A stretch of 64,000 bases of DNA, from positions 1,813 to 65,812 of the forward strand of contig DATGEP010000303.1 in the NCBI GenBank assembly GCA_035310125.1, read 5' to 3'. Below the pieces are notes generated by a model that ran no database searches, was not told where the DNA came from, and worked only from the letters and a program-made list of their open reading frames with translations. The position numbers and the translations under genes are program-made. This DNA is from Ktedonobacterales bacterium (GTDB taxonomy: Bacteria; Chloroflexota; Ktedonobacteria; Ktedonobacterales; JADMIN01). Positions 10,157 through 19,349 of this stretch are shown in pieces. Within the stretch, counting starts at the first letter, position 1; every line of letters starts with the position of its first letter.

Positions 10157-10492
10157 GTGAGTGAGCAAATGACCCGATCAGCGCGCAAATCCATGTCTGA
10201 GCAGGCACTCAGCGCTCCTGCCCGCCGCAAGCCCGGACCACGGCCTGGGACCGAAGCCGCGAAGCGTGGTGGCACTGCCGCCCGCGACAAATATGGCAAA
10301 GAGTTCTATAGTCGCATTGGCGCCAAAGGCGGCACGACGGTACGTGAGCGTCACGGCTCGACGTTCTACACCGAAATTGGCCGGCGCGGCGGCGAAGCCA
10401 CCAAGCGCAACCTTGGCACCGAGCATTACTCACGCATTGGCCGCATCGGCGGACAGCGCGCCCATAGGCGAAGCGACGACAGCGCGAGCTAA
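10157..10492 (+). CDS. KGG-repeat general stress protein (GsiB-like)
   Basis: Repeats KRGGTAARDKYGKEFYSRIG / AKGGTTVRERHGSTFYTEIG / RRGGEATKRNLGTEHYSRIG. GTG start 9 nt after AGGA, with an alternative ATG at 10169. Confidence 0.75.
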   Translation: MSEQMTRSARKSMSEQALSAPARRKPGPRPGTEAAKRGGTAARDKYGKEFYSRIGAKGGTTVRERHGSTFYTEIGRRGGEATKRNLGTEHYSRIGRIGGQRAHRRSDDSAS

Positions 10493-10623
10493 ACCGCAAC
10501 CACTGGCTCCAGGTAGCCACTGATTCTTCCGGCGATCATGTCACTCACCTCGTGGCGTGACCGCCGTGTTCTTTGGACTAGCCTACCGCTGATTGGTCGG
10601 TACACACCAGGAATCCGGATTCA

Positions 10624-11211
10624 TCATTCGCCGGTTATCGCTCGTATCGTCTCGCTTTCTGAGATGCCCAGCGCCTCCGCGATCCGTCGCACGAGAAGCG
10701 CCGGCAGCGTATCCGGCGCAATCTCCGCCACCTGTGCCAGCCCCGCCACCTCCTCCGCGGAGAGGTGAGCCATCTCAGCCAGCGCCGCCAGCGTGAGACC
10801 GTGGACCCGCGCCAGCGCCGCCAGCCCCACGGGGTCCAGCGCATATGTCGCGCGCTCTTCCGCGACGAGCAGCGCATCGTCCTGCCGTGTCGCGGCATTG
10901 AGTCCAGCGAAGAGCGCATCCATCGCTCGCCGCGTTCCTGGCGAGAGGCCCGCTCCCGCTGGCTCCTCGGGCGTGGCGCCATCTACTACGCTGTCGCGTC
11001 GCGCCTCTGGCAAGAACACGCTAACGAAGTCTGTTAGCTGCTCCGCATACTGTGGATACCTCCGCACATAGTCGGAGAGACGCGGTTCCATGCCCGCCCG
11101 AACCGCTCCGGCGAAGTGCTCTTCGATGGCGAACAGCTCCAGCGCATCTCCGTCTCCTGTCTCGACCGGAGTGCCGGGCGCGTCTGCATCGCCCCGATGG
11201 CTATCGCTCAT
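10624..11211 (-). CDS. Hypothetical protein translationally coupled to the sigma factor (possible anti-sigma/partner with a C-terminal HTH-like region)
   Basis: Its ATG overlaps the sigma gene stop (ATGA at 11208-11211). It has no zf-HC2 motif and no TM segment. The C-terminus LTLAALAEMAHLSAEEVAGLAQ...RRIAEALGISESE looks HTH-like. Confidence 0.55.
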   Translation of the reverse strand: MSDSHRGDADAPGTPVETGDGDALELFAIEEHFAGAVRAGMEPRLSDYVRRYPQYAEQLTDFVSVFLPEARRDSVVDGATPEEPAGAGLSPGTRRAMDALFAGLNAATRQDDALLVAEERATYALDPVGLAALARVHGLTLAALAEMAHLSAEEVAGLAQVAEIAPDTLPALLVRRIAEALGISESETIRAITGE

Positions 11212-12023
11212 GGTATCCTCACCTCTCGATACTCTCCACGCAGGCGCGCGCGGGCCTGGCGAAGATGGTTGCGCACTGTGCGCGTCGTCACTCCGCCCAA
11301 CGCAACGGCGATCTCGCTCTCACTGGCATCCTGCCAGTAGCGCATCACGACAGCCATCCGCTCCGCTGGCGGTAGACCGAGAATCAGCCCGCGAAGATCC
11401 AGCAGATCCGCCGCGGCAAACGCATCCGCCGGATCAGGTGGATCGAGTCCGGCGGCCGCACGTTCATCATCATCGTAGCGCGAGAGGCGCACCATCAGCC
11501 GTGCCAGCGCGCGGGTAGGCCGTTCCGTGCCTGGCTGCGCACGGTAGCCGTGCCTGCGCAGAAATGACGTGGCGACGTGTCGCTGGGCATAGTCCAGTGC
11601 GCGCCAGAAGAAAAGTACCCACTGCTCGCCGTCACGTAGCGCGAGCTGCTCCCAGAGATACAGCGTCAGGTCCTGGCGCAAATCTTCGCGCAAGCTCGTG
11701 TGCTCGTCCTGCCGCGCTGCGCCGGCTTCCGACAGCACATGTGCGGCCCAGCGACGATTTGCTCCTTCGATGCGTTCCAGCACTGCCACGAACAACTCGC
11801 CCGCTATCGCGATGTCATGCCCACGGGCGAACGCGCGCAGCACCCCGGTGAGCGCACCGGGCGAGAGCGCTTCCTGTCTTCCCGGCATGCGCAGCCAGCC
11901 CCGCAGCAACGCCGGGCTCTGCAAGGGTGCGTGACCCAGCTCGCCAGCCACCCGCTGGCGAGCCGTCGTGACTAACTCGCCAGCGGAAGGGAGCCGGTCC
12001 ACGTCATGCGCCTCCGCTGCCAT
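11208..12023 (-). CDS. Sigma-70 family (ECF-like) RNA polymerase sigma factor
   Basis: Region-4 HTH LPPAERMAVVMRYWQDASESEIAVALGGVTTRTVRNHLRQARARLR. GGGAGCGAGG RBS is present. Confidence 0.75.
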   Translation of the reverse strand: MAAEAHDVDRLPSAGELVTTARQRVAGELGHAPLQSPALLRGWLRMPGRQEALSPGALTGVLRAFARGHDIAIAGELFVAVLERIEGANRRWAAHVLSEAGAARQDEHTSLREDLRQDLTLYLWEQLALRDGEQWVLFFWRALDYAQRHVATSFLRRHGYRAQPGTERPTRALARLMVRLSRYDDDERAAAGLDPPDPADAFAAADLLDLRGLILGLPPAERMAVVMRYWQDASESEIAVALGGVTTRTVRNHLRQARARLRGEYREVRIP

Positions 12024-12321
12024 GCCTCGCTCCCTTCTCTACGGCACGCCGACCGGCTGTACTGGGTGCGCGGTCAGCGATGCGACGGCTTTGACGGCAT
12101 CTTGAACCGAGCTGGCGTACATAGCTTCAGTATAGAAATCCCGCGCTCTCCTGTCAACCTGATGACATCGGCGCAAATTATCTCTACTGGTCGCGTTTTG
12201 GCCTCAGCCTCGCGATTTTCCCTCTTGCCGGCAGCGATCGTACAGGTTAAAATGGCGAGACGCGGGAGCCGAATTTTTCCGGACAAGCTGGGCGCTCGGT
12301 ATATCCGGCGAGCGGAGGAGG

Positions 12322-15300
12322 ATGGGGAAGGTGAAGCCCGGGCCCAATGACGCACACAACCTCCAGCCGGGTGAACTGCTGCGCCAGGCGGTCGCGCTCC
12401 TCGAAGCCGTCCAGATTGCGCCGCTCTCCCGTCCACGTGTGCTCGCGTCGGCTCGTGCCCTTGGTCTCTCGATTCCGCTGCATGACTGGTACACCGGCTC
12501 TTGGGAGCTGGAGCGCGCGGGTCATTACCGACGGCGCGGCGACGGCGAGCGCGAATGGCTTGAGCCAGTTCGAGTCGCCGCCGAAGTGGCAGAGGCTGAC
12601 GCGAGCGAAACGGTTACAGCGCCCCGTTCCGATCCACTCGCCAGGCATGCATGGCCGGCCGGCGCGCTGCGCGTCGAGCTGGAGCGTATCCACGACGCGC
12701 CTGCCCTCGTTGCCCTTGCGGAAGCCCTCGGCCCCATCAATTCCACCGAGAAGGAGCGTTGTCTTCGTGCCGCCTGTGCGCTCGACCCCCACGATATAGA
12801 GGCCGCGCTCACCCTTGCTCGTCTTCTCGCCATGCGTGGAGATCTCGAGGGCGCCACTTCCGAAGCCGAACGCGTGCTCCAGATCACACCAGATTCTGCT
12901 GATGCGCATGTGCTGCTCGCGAATGTACTGGATGATCGCCACGAACGCGACGCGGCTCGTATCCACTTCGAGCGCGCGCTGGCCCTCGCCCCCCATAGCG
13001 CCGTTGCGCACTACAACTATGGCGTCCTGCTGCTGCGTGACGGGCAACGCGAAGACGCGATCCGGCGCATGCGCGAAGCCTGTGATATCGCCCCCGACGA
13101 TGTCGGCATGCTCGTTACCCTTGCCGTCGTCCTCATGGATGCCGGTGAGCTGGAAGACGCCGAAGTACTCCTGCGCCGCGCGCGCGCGCTCGATCCTCAA
13201 AGCATGCGCGCCCGCCGGCAGTTTGGCGTTCTTCTTCACCGAACCGACCGCCATGCGGACGCTGAGCGGGAGCTGCGCTTAGCGTTGAGCTTGCGACCCG
13301 GCGATGGCATCACCCTGATGCACCTGTGCGCTGTGCTGGATGAGCTGGACCGCCACACGGAAGCCGAAGCGCTCCTCCACCAGGCCATTACAGATGATCC
13401 ATCGCAGGCGGAAGCGTATTTCAAGTGGATGCTGCGCCACGAGCCCGCCAATGTGCCTTCGCTTGTCAATCTCGCGCTCCTCTACATGGGCGAGCGCCGC
13501 TGGGCCGATGCCGATCCGCTGTTACGCCGCGCCGTCGAGCTGGCTCCGAACGACGCGCAGGCGTTTCAGCTCTACGGTGTCACCCTCGCCGAGTTGGACC
13601 AGGATACGCATGCCGAGGTTGCCCTGAAGCGTGCTATGGATCTGGCACCCGATGATGAAACAGGCCGCGCACATCTCACCACATTGCTTGCGCGTCAGGG
13701 GCGGAATGCCGAAGCGATCATCCTACTGCGCGAGAGCCTTGAACGCTATCCACATAGCGCGACCGCACATGCCGACCTGGCTGCGCTCCTCGAAGAGACC
13801 GGACAGACCGCGGAGGCGGAGCGCCTGTATCTTCAGGCGCTTGACATAGATTCCGATGCGCTGCCGGCATACCTGGGCTACAGCATGCTGCTCTTCTCCC
13901 AGGGACGTACCGACGAAGCCGCCCGGTATATCGCGCTAGCGCGCGACCGCTGGCCAGAGAACGCGAACGTCCTTGCGCGCGACGCGCTCGTACGTCTCGA
14001 CCAGGGCGATGCTAGCGCCGCCGAAGAGGCGCTGCGACAAGCTATCGCCCTCGACCCACACGCGCCGAGCATTCTGGCACAACTTGCGCTGCTGCGCGAG
14101 CGCCAGGGCTGGGGAGAGGAAGCCGTGGCCCTCCTCCAGCGCGCGGTCGCCCTGGAAAGCCGCGATGGCTGGCTCGCGCTGGCGCTCGGTCAGGCGCTGG
14201 AACGACATGGGCGCGGAGAAGAAGCCGATCCATACTTGCGTCTGGCGGCCAAACGGCTCGATACCGAGAGTGACGCGCATCTTGCCTACGGGCTGCATTT
14301 GCTCAAAGACGGCAAATCCCAAAAGGCCGAAAGCCACCTGCGGCGCGCGGTCGCACTCGCCCCGCGTGAGGTTGCCACCGGCACAGCACTCGCCAAAGCG
14401 CTGGCCATCCAAGATCACTTCGCCGAGGCCGAAGAAGCGCTGCTCCTGGTGCTGCGCCACCACCCCACCGATGCCGAGGCGCTCGTGGAATACGGCTTGT
14501 TGCTGGAGCGACAAGAGCGCTGGGCGGAGGCCGAGGTTCAGCTACGCCGCGCGGTTGAGCATGCGCCGCGAACGGCGCGCCCCAAGATGGAGCTGGCGCA
14601 GCTTCTGGAAAGTCGCGGCCACGAAGATGCCGCGGCGGAGCTGTACGCTCAGGCTGCCGAGGAAGACGCCGAAGGGGCCGCCGAGTTCTTCCGTCGTGAT
14701 CTCGCCCGCATGCCCGACGACCCCGGTGCCCTTGTCAATCTGGCGAACGTGATGGCGCGGCAGGGCCAGCTCCGTGAGGCTGAGCGCTTGTACCGTCGAA
14801 CGTTGGAAGCCGATCCAAACGATGACATCACGCTCATCAATCTAGGGTTGCTGCTCTTTCGCGAAGGACACACCGACGACGCGATTCGCCTTCTCACACA
14901 AGCCCTGGCGCTGCGCCCGCGTGACCTGCGCGTTCACCTCATGCGTGCCGATGCGCTGGCGAGCTACGCCGGCAACGAGGCCGAAGCCGAGGCTGCCTAT
15001 CGTCGCGCGCTCGATCTCGACCCCGATGCCATCGAGGCGCTGATTGGATTGGCGAATGTGCTCGATAGTCTGGACCGTGCCCACGAGGCTGAGCCGCTTT
15101 ATCGCCGCGCCATCGCGTTGGATCCGGATCGCGCCGAAGCCCACTTCCACTACGCTATTCTGCTCGGCGACCTCAATCATGACGAAGATGCTGAGCGCGA
15201 GTTTCGGCTCGCGCTTGCCGCTGATCACACTGATTCCGCGGTCCATCTCAGCTATGCCCGATTTCTGGTCAGGCGGAGCCGTTGGGAAAACGCCCGTGCG

Positions 15301-16257
15301 CACTATCTGCTGGCGGCGCGGTACAACCCGAGTAACCCTGAAATCCAACTAGAGCTAGCCGGCGTGCTTACCACGTTGAAGAAGCGGCGCGGCGCCCGTC
15401 AGGCATTCGAGCGCGCCCGCGCGCAGGCGCCCGGCAGCGCCACCGTTCTCCAGCTCTACGGTGCCGCGCTGCTGGGCTGGGGCGAACACCTTGAAGCGGA
15501 GCGACATCTGCGTGAGGCCCTCAGACGGCGACCAAGTCTCGTCGAGGCGCGTCTCTCTCTTGCCACCGTGCTCGAGGAAAGTGGGCGCGCGGAAGATGCG
15601 CTGCGCGAGCTAGAATCGTGTGCCGATCTCACTCCAGAAGACGCGGCTGTTCATCTGGCGCTCGCCCTCGCGTTGGATCGTCATGGCGACAAGCAACGCG
15701 CCGCCAGCCACGCGCAGCGGGCGCTCTCCCTTGACCCCAGCCTTCCAGATGCGGCTGATCTACTCGCCCATCTCGACCCGACATTCTCCGCCGGCTCCCT
15801 ACCAACGCTCGAAGATCAGCGACGCGCCCACATCGCCGCGCTCCCCACTCGCCCTCTCCTCCTCCCGCCTCGATCCGCGAGTGAGCGTGAGGACAGCCTC
15901 AACCATGAGCCAGATGCACCTGCCGCCCATGATGTCCACGATGCCGTCACGCACAGCGCACCCACCGACATGCCTCACGTGGACGAGCGGGACCACCTCG
16001 GCACGTGGATCCACTCTACGTCCCAGATCTCAGCAGATATTGGCGATACACACCCCGTCGCCCATCCCATTGCCACGCTCATCGAGGAAGCCGCTCAGGC
16101 GCCGCATGATAGCGCCACAACCGCCGCAACGCAATCAGCCGCCACCACTGAAAGTCGCCGGAGCAAGCGGCGCGGGGAGAAAGCCGCGCGTCCGCCCAAA
16201 TCCGAGCAAACGCGCCGTCCTGGCTGGCTGGCCCGCCTCTTTCACTGGGGCCGGTGA
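12322..16257 (+). CDS. Giant tetratricopeptide-repeat (TPR) protein, 1311 aa
   Basis: It carries many consecutive 34-residue A-x-x-x-Y/F...A...P repeats (AHYNYGVLL, AEAHFHYAILL and others) and ends in a disordered basic tail. GGAGGAGG RBS is present. Confidence 0.9.
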   Translation: MGKVKPGPNDAHNLQPGELLRQAVALLEAVQIAPLSRPRVLASARALGLSIPLHDWYTGSWELERAGHYRRRGDGEREWLEPVRVAAEVAEADASETVTAPRSDPLARHAWPAGALRVELERIHDAPALVALAEALGPINSTEKERCLRAACALDPHDIEAALTLARLLAMRGDLEGATSEAERVLQITPDSADAHVLLANVLDDRHERDAARIHFERALALAPHSAVAHYNYGVLLLRDGQREDAIRRMREACDIAPDDVGMLVTLAVVLMDAGELEDAEVLLRRARALDPQSMRARRQFGVLLHRTDRHADAERELRLALSLRPGDGITLMHLCAVLDELDRHTEAEALLHQAITDDPSQAEAYFKWMLRHEPANVPSLVNLALLYMGERRWADADPLLRRAVELAPNDAQAFQLYGVTLAELDQDTHAEVALKRAMDLAPDDETGRAHLTTLLARQGRNAEAIILLRESLERYPHSATAHADLAALLEETGQTAEAERLYLQALDIDSDALPAYLGYSMLLFSQGRTDEAARYIALARDRWPENANVLARDALVRLDQGDASAAEEALRQAIALDPHAPSILAQLALLRERQGWGEEAVALLQRAVALESRDGWLALALGQALERHGRGEEADPYLRLAAKRLDTESDAHLAYGLHLLKDGKSQKAESHLRRAVALAPREVATGTALAKALAIQDHFAEAEEALLLVLRHHPTDAEALVEYGLLLERQERWAEAEVQLRRAVEHAPRTARPKMELAQLLESRGHEDAAAELYAQAAEEDAEGAAEFFRRDLARMPDDPGALVNLANVMARQGQLREAERLYRRTLEADPNDDITLINLGLLLFREGHTDDAIRLLTQALALRPRDLRVHLMRADALASYAGNEAEAEAAYRRALDLDPDAIEALIGLANVLDSLDRAHEAEPLYRRAIALDPDRAEAHFHYAILLGDLNHDEDAEREFRLALAADHTDSAVHLSYARFLVRRSRWENARAHYLLAARYNPSNPEIQLELAGVLTTLKKRRGARQAFERARAQAPGSATVLQLYGAALLGWGEHLEAERHLREALRRRPSLVEARLSLATVLEESGRAEDALRELESCADLTPEDAAVHLALALALDRHGDKQRAASHAQRALSLDPSLPDAADLLAHLDPTFSAGSLPTLEDQRRAHIAALPTRPLLLPPRSASEREDSLNHEPDAPAAHDVHDAVTHSAPTDMPHVDERDHLGTWIHSTSQISADIGDTHPVAHPIATLIEEAAQAPHDSATTAATQSAATTESRRSKRRGEKAARPPKSEQTRRPGWLARLFHWGR

Positions 16258-16452
16258 CATCCACGTATCGCCGATTGTTGCCGGCTAACGCACCACGGCG
16301 AGAGAACGTGACCCAGGGCGCCCGCTCTGGCACATAAGTACTACGCAGCGCTTGCTCGACGGGCCAAAGCATATTCGCATCGGGTACATTCCCCCTCGTG
16401 CTCGCTAACACAGCAGTGACCAACAGGTCCGCCATGTGTGCGTGGGCGCACG

Positions 16453-16600
16453 ACGGGAAACGCTGGTATCGGACACGGTGGGTCGAGTGATCCGCCGTCA
16501 GCTACGGGGGAGCGCTTGGAGGCGCCATCCCCCGAGGAGGGATAACACATCGCGGTTTCGCAGCCGCGAGGACTTCATGCGGAACATGAAGTCAGGGAGG
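16453..16600 (+). promoter_or_regulatory. Structured 5' leader of the CHAP hydrolase gene; weak resemblance to the ydaO/c-di-AMP riboswitch core
   Basis: Blocks ACGGGAAAC (16453), GGTGGGTCGAGTGATCC (16477) and CCGCCGTCAGCTAC (16492) occur in the ydaO block order. Three hairpins follow: 16506-16533, 16551-16568, and 16572-16592 (ACTTCATG/CATGAAGT). The SD GGGAGG sits at 16595. Confidence 0.3.
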
Positions 16601-16608
16601 TTCTTTCG

Positions 16609-17379
16609 TTGGCTTTCGCATCACATTCTCAGTCCCGCGTGACGACGCGCGGGATTGCTCGCGCCGCTCTTGTCCTGGCTGGAGTGCTGGGACTCTCGGT
16701 TCTCGCGACACAAGCTGGCACGGGCACGACTGCTCAGGCGGCGTCCGGCCTACACTATCAGCGAGGCTACTACGTGGACAACGGCTGGCTCTGCTATGGA
16801 TGGAGCAACGGCGCGTACCACTGCACTCACCAATGGCATCGCAGCGGCCACCTGCTGATTTCAAATAACCCTGCCTGGGTGCCCAACTATGGTAGCAACT
16901 CTCGCTGGCACACCACTTCGTACGGTGCCCCGCTTGGTGATGGCGGCCACACCGGCGGCTCGTTGCCCGCCGCACCCGGCCACATTGGCGCCTGGGTCTA
17001 CACCGGCATCCCCGCGCACCGCATGAGCGACTTCGCGGGCGACCCATATCATGGCTACTTCGGTGCCTGCACATGGTACGCCTGGTATCGCCACTCACGT
17101 GAGCCACTGATGCGGCTCGGCAACGCCGCTGCCTGGGCGTGGAACGCGCCCCGCTTCGGCCTGCGCACCGGCCACGCACCAGTCGCGGGCGCCACAGTGA
17201 TCTTCCAGCCGGGCGTTCAGGGTGCCAGCGGCCTGGGCCACGTCGCCCACGTCGAGAAGGTCTACCGCAATGGCTGGTTCCTGATTAGCGAGATGTCGTT
17301 CTACTGGAACGGCGGCGGTTGGGCGCGCGTGAGCTATCGCTATGCTCACATCGGGTACGGAGTCAGCTTCATCTACTAG
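16609..17379 (+). CDS. Secreted CHAP-domain peptidoglycan hydrolase/amidase
   Basis: TTG start 8 nt after GGGAGG. Signal peptide ARAALVLAGVLGLSVLATQAGTGTTAQA. CHAP Cys context FGACTWYAWY and His context GHVAHVE. Confidence 0.8.
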   Translation: MAFASHSQSRVTTRGIARAALVLAGVLGLSVLATQAGTGTTAQAASGLHYQRGYYVDNGWLCYGWSNGAYHCTHQWHRSGHLLISNNPAWVPNYGSNSRWHTTSYGAPLGDGGHTGGSLPAAPGHIGAWVYTGIPAHRMSDFAGDPYHGYFGACTWYAWYRHSREPLMRLGNAAAWAWNAPRFGLRTGHAPVAGATVIFQPGVQGASGLGHVAHVEKVYRNGWFLISEMSFYWNGGGWARVSYRYAHIGYGVSFIY

Positions 17380-17514
17380 AAGCACTCGTAACCCTGGTGG
17401 GTGGTCCCGGGCAGACCAGGAAGTACCTCGCTTGGATAACACCACCCGCGCCCCGGCATATCCCGTCACACATATTCGCGCCGGCTCGCGTTTCTGAGCC
17501 GCGCGGTACATGAA

Positions 17515-17550
17515 GAAGCCTGTGGAGTATCTCTCCACGGGCTTCTTTGT
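17515..17550. terminator. Hairpin terminator between the convergent CHAP and CPBP genes
   Basis: 13-bp stem GAAGCCTGTGGAG / CTCCACGGGCTTC with one G-U pair and a 5-nt loop, followed by TTT. Confidence 0.6.
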
Positions 17551-17604
17551 GCCATATCGCACCGCTTTCTTCAAGCACATCACCTTGCGGTGAATAGACC
17601 GGCA

Positions 17605-18480
17605 TTAGTGGCCCAGCGTCGCGACGACAAAGATCGCCGCCAGCGCGTTATTCGCCATGTGCAGCGCCATGCCCGGCCAGATAGACCCTGTGCGCCAGCG
17701 AACCACCGCCAGCACCACACCAATCACGAACAGCAGCGCGAACGACCCCATATCGCCATGCGCCACACCGAAGAGCAGCGCCGAGAGCAACACCGCCGCC
17801 CAGACCGGCATGCCGCGTAGAAAGCCCGCGAAGGCGAAGCCGCGAAAGAAGATCTCTTCGCAGAATGGCGCGATGAAGACCGCGCCGATCAGCGTGCCAA
17901 TGACCGTCAGAGGCGCGTGCCGCCCGAGCTGCTGCAACGTATCCACATTGGTATGCAGGCCGAGTGAAAAGCGCGTAATGATGATCTGATAGACCTCACT
18001 GGCCGCGTAGACGACCACCAGCCCGCCGATCACCCAACCAAGCGCGGGCAATAACGGTGTCCGCCGGACCCCCAACGCCCGCAGCCCTTCGCGAACGGTT
18101 GTGCCCGCGCGCCGGCGCACCCCGGCGTAGTAGCCGGGCGCCAGCAGGAATGCGCCCTCGACGATGGCCGTGAAGATCACGAAAATAATCGCACCGATGG
18201 CGTCGTCCAATGGCGCCAGTGTGACCGATCCCGCTGATGTGGATGTCGCGGGCGCGGCGTTTGCTGAAACAAGCAGAAACGCTACCCATGGAATGAGTGT
18301 GACCACTACGCCGCGCCAGGTCTGGCCGAAGCTCCAGGGTACGATGCCAACGCGCCCAAAGCGTGGAGTCGCTGGCTCATATCGTGGTGCGGGCGGCCCT
18401 CCCCCGGCAGGAACGCTCCGCGAAAAAGGCGGTGGCATGGGCGGGCTGGCGGTATCGCCGTCCAGGACGGACATGGGCAT
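17605..18480 (-). CDS. CPBP-family intramembrane glutamic endopeptidase (CAAX protease/Abi)
   Basis: Motifs FCEEIFFRG, LFGVAHG and HMANNA with multiple TM segments. The ATG at 18474 has better RBS spacing. Confidence 0.85.
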   Translation of the reverse strand: MPMSVLDGDTASPPMPPPFSRSVPAGGGPPAPRYEPATPRFGRVGIVPWSFGQTWRGVVVTLIPWVAFLLVSANAAPATSTSAGSVTLAPLDDAIGAIIFVIFTAIVEGAFLLAPGYYAGVRRRAGTTVREGLRALGVRRTPLLPALGWVIGGLVVVYAASEVYQIIITRFSLGLHTNVDTLQQLGRHAPLTVIGTLIGAVFIAPFCEEIFFRGFAFAGFLRGMPVWAAVLLSALLFGVAHGDMGSFALLFVIGVVLAVVRWRTGSIWPGMALHMANNALAAIFVVATLGH

Positions 18481-18674
18481 ATCCTCTCACGTGAGCTGGC
18501 TGCGCCGCCCTCATGCGTCAGATAGCGGGAGAGCAGCGCAGACAACAGGAAATTCTCTCTCGTTGTGGACGCGACGGCAATGAAGAACGGTGCTAGCAGG
18601 CCGTGTATCCTCCGCCCCACGCATCCTTCATTCTACAACCCTTCTCCCAGCGTGTGCGGAGCCTGAGTCCGCCC

Positions 18675-18704
18675 TTGCGACTGGCCATGAGCAGGGCCTA
18701 TAAT
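18675..18704 (+). promoter_or_regulatory. Sigma-70-like promoter TTGCGA-18-TATAAT
   Basis: -35 TTGCGA at 18675-18680 and a perfect -10 TATAAT at 18699-18704. It points toward the small ORF at 18925. Confidence 0.5.
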
Positions 18705-18726
18705 GGGCAGGCCAGGTGTCTCCGGC

Positions 18727-18754
18727 GTGACACAGCGTGACACAGCGTGACAGG
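18727..18754 (+). repeat. Tandem repeat (GTGACACAGC) x2 plus a partial third unit
   Basis: GTGACACAGC GTGACACAGC GTGACAGG read directly from the sequence. It lies about 25 nt downstream of the TATAAT box. Confidence 0.9.
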
Positions 18755-18924
18755 AGGCGCCCGAGTTCAAGACAGGCATCAAGAAGGAGAGGGCACGGTT
18801 TCCTTTGACCAGCAGCGTATCCGAGAATCCACGCGAAAGCATCAATTGGCGGCGGCACCGCAACGGCTGCCCGAACTATCGGGTACGCTGGCTCCCTGAG
18901 AACGATTTCACCGGAGGTGAGCCG

Positions 18925-19092
18925 ATGTATCAGGTGTTCTGCCTGATGGATACACCACCCCAGACGTTCGAAGAGCAAGAGAAGTGCCTGAATAGCCCCA
19001 GGGAGTGCTGGCGCATCGCCGAAGCCCGGCGCGGCAAGGGAGCCACCGCCGACATCCCCGTCTCGCATGTCAAACGCCGCAAGCCCGCCTAG
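18925..19092 (+). CDS. Small Cys-containing hypothetical protein (55 aa)
   Basis: GGAGGTG RBS lies 5 nt before the ATG. By hand count, 43 of 53 third positions are G/C. Product is MYQVFCLMDTPPQTFEEQEKCLNSPRECWRIAEARRGKGATADIPVSHVKRRKPA. The frame is open upstream to a TTG at 18805 (95 aa), but that start has no RBS. Confidence 0.5.
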   Translation: MYQVFCLMDTPPQTFEEQEKCLNSPRECWRIAEARRGKGATADIPVSHVKRRKPA

Positions 19093-19349
19093 GTCTGGTG
19101 TCACCCGCCTCTCCAGCCCAGCCACTTCTGCTCCAGCCCCCTTCAACACCCCGTATTAATAGCATTCTCTTCCGCATCCGCTATTCTCAGCACCACGCCT
19201 TTGCACCTTTCCCGCCAATGCGGCCTAACGTGCGCCGGCCATTGATGGCCGCATCCGGCGCGCCGTCTCAGCCGCCGCCAATTTTCCAGTAGATATCTGA
19301 CCCCACCACCCAAACGTCATGTGGTACGGTTGCTACCGCTAGTCTGGGG

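Noticed and set aside
18628-19149. 173-aa minus-strand ORF overlapping the small Cys ORF.
   Set aside because: It has no RBS and a Gly/Ala/Pro/Leu-rich, non-protein-like composition. The plus-strand frame has a promoter, an RBS and strong GC3 bias.
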